Shown here in pieces: positions 30,518-35,092 of a stretch of 35,092 bases of DNA (positions are counted from its first letter, which is position 1; each line of letters begins with the position of its first letter). The notes under the pieces were generated by a model. The model ran no database searches. It was not told the DNA's origin and was given only the letters and a program-made list of their open reading frames with translations. The stretch covers positions 1 through 35,092 of the forward strand of contig JAUYJX010000010.1 in assembly GCA_030699245.1 (NCBI GenBank), given 5' to 3'. The DNA is from a bacterium (GTDB taxonomy: Bacteria; Patescibacteriota; Saccharimonadia; CAILAD01; JAUYJX01). The position numbers were made by a program, and so were the translations under genes.

Positions 30518-31135
30518 TTACCTTGAATAATATTCAATGATTAATTGTTCTTTAATGTCTTGGCTTAATTCATCCCGCAGGGGCATACCAGTAACTTTGC
30601 CGCTCATTTTATTTGCATTGAAGCTCAACCAACTAGTGTTTTCACTCTTATTCTTGCTTAAGCTATCTTTTAACTGGCCAAAATAGGTATTATCTAAACT
30701 TTTTTCCCTAATCGTAATTTCATCACCAATATCTACGAGTATTGAGGGAATATTTACTTTTTTGCCATTTAAGCGAATATGTGCGTGGCTTACCAGTTGT
30801 CTTGCGGCTTGTCTAGAAGTTGCTAAATTTAAACGATAGCAAACATTATCCAGTCTACGTTCTAATAAAATTAGGAGATTTTCACCGCTTACTCCTCGCA
30901 TTTGTTCGGACTTAGCAACATAGCGTCTAAATTGTTTTTCTAAAATTCCGTAAATACGTTTAATTTTTTGCTTTTCACGAAGCTGCATTGTGTAATTACC
31001 TGGCCTAGGTCGCCGGGATAAACCATGGTCTCCTGGTGGGTAATTTCTTTTAGTAAGAGATTTCACGGCTTTAGGATGCAGCGCTACGGCTTCTCGGCGA
31101 GATAATTTAGTAACTGATGTAAAGTTTTTTGCCAT
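30518..31135 (-). CDS. rpsD: 30S ribosomal protein S4
   Basis: [17 protein letters not shown]...LREKQKIKRIYGILEKQFRRY...LERRLDNVCYRLNLATSRQAARQLVSHAHIRLNGKKVNIPS. ATG 31135 overlaps the rpsK TAA by 1 nt. Confidence 0.9.
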   Translation of the reverse strand: MAKNFTSVTKLSRREAVALHPKAVKSLTKRNYPPGDHGLSRRPRPGNYTMQLREKQKIKRIYGILEKQFRRYVAKSEQMRGVSGENLLILLERRLDNVCYRLNLATSRQAARQLVSHAHIRLNGKKVNIPSILVDIGDEITIREKSLDNTYFGQLKDSLSKNKSENTSWLSFNANKMSGKVTGMPLRDELSQDIKEQLIIEYYSR

Positions 31136-31524
31136 TAAACTCTCCTTGGCTTTCTGGGACGGCATCCATTATGCGGAATGCCTGTCACGTCTTTGATTGA
31201 AGAGATTTTTACACCTGAGGCTTGAATGGAACGAATTGCCGATTCCCTACCACTACCAATACCTTTGACTACAACTTCTACTTCAACTACCCCAAGATCT
31301 TTGGCTTTGGTGATAACTTTTTCTGCTGCCACCTGAGCAGCATAAGGAGTACTTTTTCTTGAACCCTTAAAACCTGAGGAACCTGAACTGTTCCAATCCA
31401 CTACATTACCGCTGGCGTCTGTAATAGAAATAATAGTGTTATTAAAGGTTGACTGAATATGCACGACACCACTTGTTAAGCTGGTTTTTTTCTTCTTTTT
31501 AGGCGATACTACTGCCTTGGCCAT
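31135..31524 (-). CDS. rpsK: 30S ribosomal protein S11
   Basis: [50 protein letters not shown]...[17 protein letters not shown]. Confidence 0.95.
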   Translation of the reverse strand: MAKAVVSPKKKKKTSLTSGVVHIQSTFNNTIISITDASGNVVDWNSSGSSGFKGSRKSTPYAAQVAAEKVITKAKDLGVVEVEVVVKGIGSGRESAIRSIQASGVKISSIKDVTGIPHNGCRPRKPRRV

Positions 31525-31535
31525 TTTATCTCTCC

Positions 31536-31922
31536 TTAAGTCTTAGCGGTTGCTTTCTTGCGTCCTGAACCAACTGTCATTCTCTTACCTCTTTTGGTGC
31601 GGGCATTAGTTTTGGTCCGCTGCCCCCTTACCGGCAAATTAGCTTTATGTCTTAAACCTTTGTAAGTATTAATTTCTTTGAGCCTCTTGATGTTTAGGGT
31701 GACCTGTCTGACCAAATCAGCTTCAACTTGATAATTTTTATCGATATACTCCCTGATTTTATTTAAATCATTCTCAGTTAAGTCCTTAACTCGCAAGTCA
31801 GGATTAATTTTTAGAGCCGAGAGAATTTTTTTGCTGGCAGATGATCCTATGCCAAAAATATAAGTCAGTGCTACTTCGACTCTTTTTTCATTAGGAATAT
31901 TCGCACCTACAACTCTTGCCAT
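31536..31922 (-). CDS. rpsM: 30S ribosomal protein S13
   Basis: [34 protein letters not shown]...[26 protein letters not shown]. Confidence 0.95.
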   Translation of the reverse strand: MARVVGANIPNEKRVEVALTYIFGIGSSASKKILSALKINPDLRVKDLTENDLNKIREYIDKNYQVEADLVRQVTLNIKRLKEINTYKGLRHKANLPVRGQRTKTNARTKRGKRMTVGSGRKKATAKT

Positions 31923-32035
31923 TAGCCTTGTCTCTGCTTATGTTTAGGATTATCACAAATAACCCGCACTACACCGCGACGTCTGATTACTTTGCATTTT
32001 GAACAAATTTTTTTAACTCCTGCTCTAACTTTCAT
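31922..32035 (-). CDS. rpmJ: 50S ribosomal protein L36 (not in the supplied ORF track)
   Basis: Hand translation of the minus strand gives [37 protein letters not shown] (37 aa), with GGTGA SD. Its TAA overlaps the rpsM ATG by 1 nt. Canonical infA-rpmJ-rpsM position. Confidence 0.9.
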   Translation of the reverse strand: MKVRAGVKKICSKCKVIRRRGVVRVICDNPKHKQRQG

Positions 32036-32044
32036 TTTCTTCAC

Positions 32045-32266
32045 CTATTTATGCCGATAAGTTATTCGGCCCTTTGATAAATCATAGGGCGTCATTTCCA
32101 GGGTAACTTTATCGCCTGGCAAAATTTTAATATAATGCATACGCATCTTGCCTGAAATATGGGCTAATACAATATGGCCATTATCAAGCTCTACCTTAAA
32201 ATTGGCATTCGGCAAAGCTTCTAAAACGGTGCCTTCGACTTCAATTACTTCCTTTGTATCTGACAT
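32045..32266 (-). CDS. infA: translation initiation factor IF-1
   Basis: [66 protein letters not shown]. Confidence 0.95.
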   Translation of the reverse strand: MSDTKEVIEVEGTVLEALPNANFKVELDNGHIVLAHISGKMRMHYIKILPGDKVTLEMTPYDLSKGRITYRHK

Positions 32267-32288
32267 GAGTTAAATACTACAATTTTTT

Positions 32289-32317
32289 ATTATAGATAGT
32301 TTTTAGATAAAAGTAAA
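32289..32317 (-). promoter_or_regulatory. candidate internal promoter between secY and infA
   Basis: Minus-strand TTTACT, 17 nt, TATAAT, about 22 nt upstream of the infA ATG. Confidence 0.35.
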
Positions 32318-32329
32318 GACTTTTTTAAG

Positions 32330-33646
32330 CTAATATTTTTCATATGTCGCCATTAAAGCTCTTGATTCGATCTGCTTCATTGTTTCGATTACTACTGCAA
32401 CCACAATCAGCAGACCTGTACCGCCGATAGCCAATGCTGAAGAGCTCTTGATAAATACTTGGATTATAAACGGCATCACTGCAATAATCCCTAGAGCTAG
32501 TGCGCCGGCAAAAGTTATACGGGCAATTATTTTTTTCAAATATTTAGCTGTTTCATTGCCCGGTCTGATGCCAGGAATAAAACCACCTTGCTTTTGCAAA
32601 TTTTCGGCCACTTCTTCCGGTTTGAATATCAAAAAAGTATAAAAATACGTAAAGCCAATTACCAGTCCAAAATAACTAATGGTATAAACAATGGTGCTGG
32701 GCTCAAATAATTTAGTCAATTGTTGAGCAAAACTCGATAACCAAGACGTTTTGGCATTAGTGAACAATTGACCGACAATTCCCGGGATAGAGAGGAAAGC
32801 TAAAGCAAAGATAATTGGAATCACCCCAGCAGTAATTACCCTCAGCGGCAAATGAGTATCCACTCCGCCATAAGAGCCGGTAGCACTAACTCTTCGGGCA
32901 TATGATACCGGTATATTACGCTGACCTTCATTGATCATCACAATAAAATAAATTGCAGCTATAGCCAAAATGATTAGCAAGATGGTGCTGACAATTTTGC
33001 CTGTATCAACTTGAGCTAAACTGATCATCTGGCCAATAGTAGCAGGGACAGTTGAAACAATACCAGCCATAATCAGCAGTGAAATACCATTACCAATTCC
33101 CCTCTCAGTAATAATCTCGCCCAGCCACATCAATAGCAGACTGCCGGCTGTAATCGTAACTATCATCACAATCCATTGGACTAAACTCGGCCTACCAATT
33201 AGATCAATCCCTTCGATTTTTTTTGAAGTCTGGGACACAAAGGTTACCATTGCTACTGATTGAATTGCTGCTAATGGAACGGTTAATAACCTAGTGTACT
33301 GATTAATTTTATTGCGCCCCATTTCGCCTTCTTTATTTAAGGCTTCAAACTTAGGCACCACATGAGAAAGCAGTTGCATAATAATTGAAGCATTAATAAA
33401 GGGTCCCAGTCCCATCATAATTATTGAAAAATTAGATATTGCTCCACCTGAAAATAAATTAGCAAAACCCAACAGCGGATTACTGTTAAAAAGCTTGAGC
33501 AAGAATCTCTGCAAGGAGGCACTGTCAGGTACAGGTACAGGCACATGGGCAAGTAAACTATAAACCGCTAAAATTGCGATAACAATAATCAGTCTTTTTC
33601 TTAAATCTTTGTTTTTATAAACTTGTGATAAAACTGCTAGATTCAA
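32330..33646 (-). CDS. secY: preprotein translocase subunit SecY
   Basis: 10-TM pattern with LGFANLFSGGAISNFSIIMMGLGPFINASIIMQLL and WLGEIITERGIGNGISLLI. Apparent TTG start. Follows rplO. Confidence 0.9.
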   Translation of the reverse strand: MNLAVLSQVYKNKDLRKRLIIVIAILAVYSLLAHVPVPVPDSASLQRFLLKLFNSNPLLGFANLFSGGAISNFSIIMMGLGPFINASIIMQLLSHVVPKFEALNKEGEMGRNKINQYTRLLTVPLAAIQSVAMVTFVSQTSKKIEGIDLIGRPSLVQWIVMIVTITAGSLLLMWLGEIITERGIGNGISLLIMAGIVSTVPATIGQMISLAQVDTGKIVSTILLIILAIAAIYFIVMINEGQRNIPVSYARRVSATGSYGGVDTHLPLRVITAGVIPIIFALAFLSIPGIVGQLFTNAKTSWLSSFAQQLTKLFEPSTIVYTISYFGLVIGFTYFYTFLIFKPEEVAENLQKQGGFIPGIRPGNETAKYLKKIIARITFAGALALGIIAVMPFIIQVFIKSSSALAIGGTGLLIVVAVVIETMKQIESRALMATYEKY

Positions 33647-33649
33647 TTT

Positions 33650-34153
33650 TTACTCTTCTTTCGCTTTAATTATTTTGTCTTCTGACTTGTTAACTTTGGC
33701 GGGCTTTTTAAAAGAAAAATCAACTATATTTATCCTACCGCCTTTTGATTTAATTTTATCAATAGCTGACCGGGAAGCTTTATTTACACTGATATTAAAT
33801 TTTTTAGTAACCCTGCCATTCCCCAGTAATTTTACCGGGATTGATTCTTCTTTGACTAAACCAGTTTTAATTAAAGTATTTATATCAATTTTGGCTGATT
33901 TGATTTTAGATAAGTCAGAGGTATTGATTATCTGATAAATTTTCGGATTTTTAGCATTAAAGCCTCTGGCTTTCGGCAATCTTCGAACTAATTTAGTCTG
34001 ACCACCTTCAAATCCTGGTTTAATATTGCCACCACTACGAGATTTTTGACCCTTGGTACCACGCCCTGATGTTTTGCCCCAACCACTGCTAATACCCCGC
34101 CCTACTCTTTTTCTAGCTCTTTTAGGGGAAGCTTTCAATTCATGTATTTTCAT
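33650..34153 (-). CDS. rplO: 50S ribosomal protein L15 with short Lys-rich C-terminal tail
   Basis: KRVGRGISSGWGKTSGRGTKGQKSRSGGNIKPGFEGGQTKLVRRLPK. ATG overlaps the rpsE TGA (ATGA). Confidence 0.9.
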   Translation of the reverse strand: MKIHELKASPKRARKRVGRGISSGWGKTSGRGTKGQKSRSGGNIKPGFEGGQTKLVRRLPKARGFNAKNPKIYQIINTSDLSKIKSAKIDINTLIKTGLVKEESIPVKLLGNGRVTKKFNISVNKASRSAIDKIKSKGGRINIVDFSFKKPAKVNKSEDKIIKAKEE

Positions 34154-34647
34154 TTTTTTACCACCTTTTTTGCACTTTTTTCACTGCTAACTTTCTTATC
34201 TTTCTCCATTAGCCTTAGTTTAGACAAAGCAGTAATAGTAGCGTAAGCATTATTGATTTTGTTATTTGAACCAAGAGCCTTGGTAAGTAAATCACGGATT
34301 CCGACAGCTTCGACCACTGAACGCACTGCGCCGCCAGCAATTACACCAGTACCTTCGCTAGCGGGCTTTAATAGTACTGTCGCACCGCCAAAGGAAACTT
34401 GAATATCGTGCGGTATGGTTGAACCGCTCAAGTTAACTTCTATGATATCTTTTTGGGCTTTATTAACCGCTTTAATAATCGAAGTGGGTGCGTCTTTGCC
34501 CTTACCGATACCAACACCAACTTTACCCATACCGTCACCAACTACCACAGTAGCGCGGAAACGAAATCTTCGACCGCCTTTAACTACACGAGTAACTCTA
34601 TCGAGAGAGATAATCTTTTCTGGAAATTCTTTTTTTTCTTTTTCCAT
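34150..34647 (-). CDS. rpsE: 30S ribosomal protein S5
   Basis: [49 protein letters not shown]...[21 protein letters not shown]. Confidence 0.95.
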   Translation of the reverse strand: MEKEKKEFPEKIISLDRVTRVVKGGRRFRFRATVVVGDGMGKVGVGIGKGKDAPTSIIKAVNKAQKDIIEVNLSGSTIPHDIQVSFGGATVLLKPASEGTGVIAGGAVRSVVEAVGIRDLLTKALGSNNKINNAYATITALSKLRLMEKDKKVSSEKSAKKVVKK

Positions 34648-34656
34648 AATAAAACT

Positions 34657-35004
34657 CTAAAACTTTAATCCTTTTTCTCTTGCGGCGTCAGCCAAGACTT
34701 TTACTCTGCCATGATAAATTTTTGCACCGCGGTCAAAAACTACTTCTTTGATTTTAACTTTCTGAGCTTTTGCGGCAATATCCGCACCAACCCAGCGGGC
34801 TTTTTCAGTCATATTTTTCCCGGTTAAGTCTTTATTATTGACAGTGGTGCCATAAATCAAAGTCTGGCTCATTTGATCGTCAATCAGCTGGCAAACAATA
34901 TTGCGGTTAGTAATTTTAACCGATAATCTTGGCCGCTTACTAGTTCCTGAAATTTTAACCCTGACCCTTCTTCTCCTTAAAATCGCCTTATCTGTTTTAT
35001 TCAT
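34657..35004 (-). CDS. rplR: 50S ribosomal protein L18
   Basis: RRRRVRVKISGTSKRPRLSVKITNRNIVCQLIDD...VVFDRGAKIYHGRVKVLADAAREKGLKF. Confidence 0.95.
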   Translation of the reverse strand: MNKTDKAILRRRRVRVKISGTSKRPRLSVKITNRNIVCQLIDDQMSQTLIYGTTVNNKDLTGKNMTEKARWVGADIAAKAQKVKIKEVVFDRGAKIYHGRVKVLADAAREKGLKF

Positions 35005-35005
35005 C

Positions 35006-35092
35006 TTAAACTGCCTTTATGCCTGTCTTACCAACTTTTCTGCGAATATGTTCATCGCTGTATTTAATTCCTTTGCCTTTGTAAGGCTCGGG
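35006..35092 (-). CDS. rplF: 50S ribosomal protein L6, C-terminal fragment running off the window
   Basis: Hand translation gives PEPYKGKGIKYSDEHIRRKVGKTGIKAV* (typical L6 C-terminus). Immediately upstream of rplR. Confidence 0.8.
   Translation of the reverse strand, partial: PEPYKGKGIKYSDEHIRRKVGKTGIKAV

Overview
About 35 kb of a low-GC bacterial chromosome (roughly low-to-mid 30s % G+C by hand count), coding almost entirely on the minus strand. No searches were run, so every product call rests on motifs read from the translations and on gene order.

Right end (28.2-35.1 kb): a compact ribosomal/transcription superoperon, (rplF)-rplR-rpsE-rplO-secY-infA-rpmJ-rpsM-rpsK-rpsD-rpoA-rplQ-rplM-rpsI. 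It has no L30 gene between rpsE and rplO, and no adk or map between secY and infA. That pattern is typical of reduced CPR/Patescibacteria-like genomes, but this lineage call is an inference.

Left end: secE-nusG-rplK-rplA and rplJ-rplL-(rpoB) are split by a ~4.6 kb block. Its thyX/tmk part is clearly higher in GC. It encodes a dCTP-deaminase-family protein, an unknown ORF interrupted by an in-frame TGA, dTMP kinase, a double-length ThyX-like protein and a divergent HAD/5'-nucleotidase-like gene. I consider this the most likely candidate for something new in the window.

Middle (8.2-24.4 kb): accessory-looking genes between secE and a four-gene tRNA cluster (Thr-Tyr-Thr-Trp).
- Membrane proteins and a UbiA-prenyltransferase/GT2 fusion.
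- A tightly packed run of CAP-domain protein, MsrB, P-type ATPase, membrane protein and soluble PAS histidine kinase.
- A YVTN beta-propeller surface protein, a histidine phosphatase, and an Ala/Gly-rich protein with 22-residue repeats.
- A second P-type ATPase bracketed by ~70-nt direct repeats, one of which carries a copy of the tRNA-Trp 3' end.

Other points: L7/L12 and L1 carry long Lys/Glu-rich N-terminal extensions. Several genes have a -10 box 6-8 nt from the start codon with no SD, suggesting leaderless transcripts. No CRISPR array, integrase, transposase or recognisable defence gene was seen.
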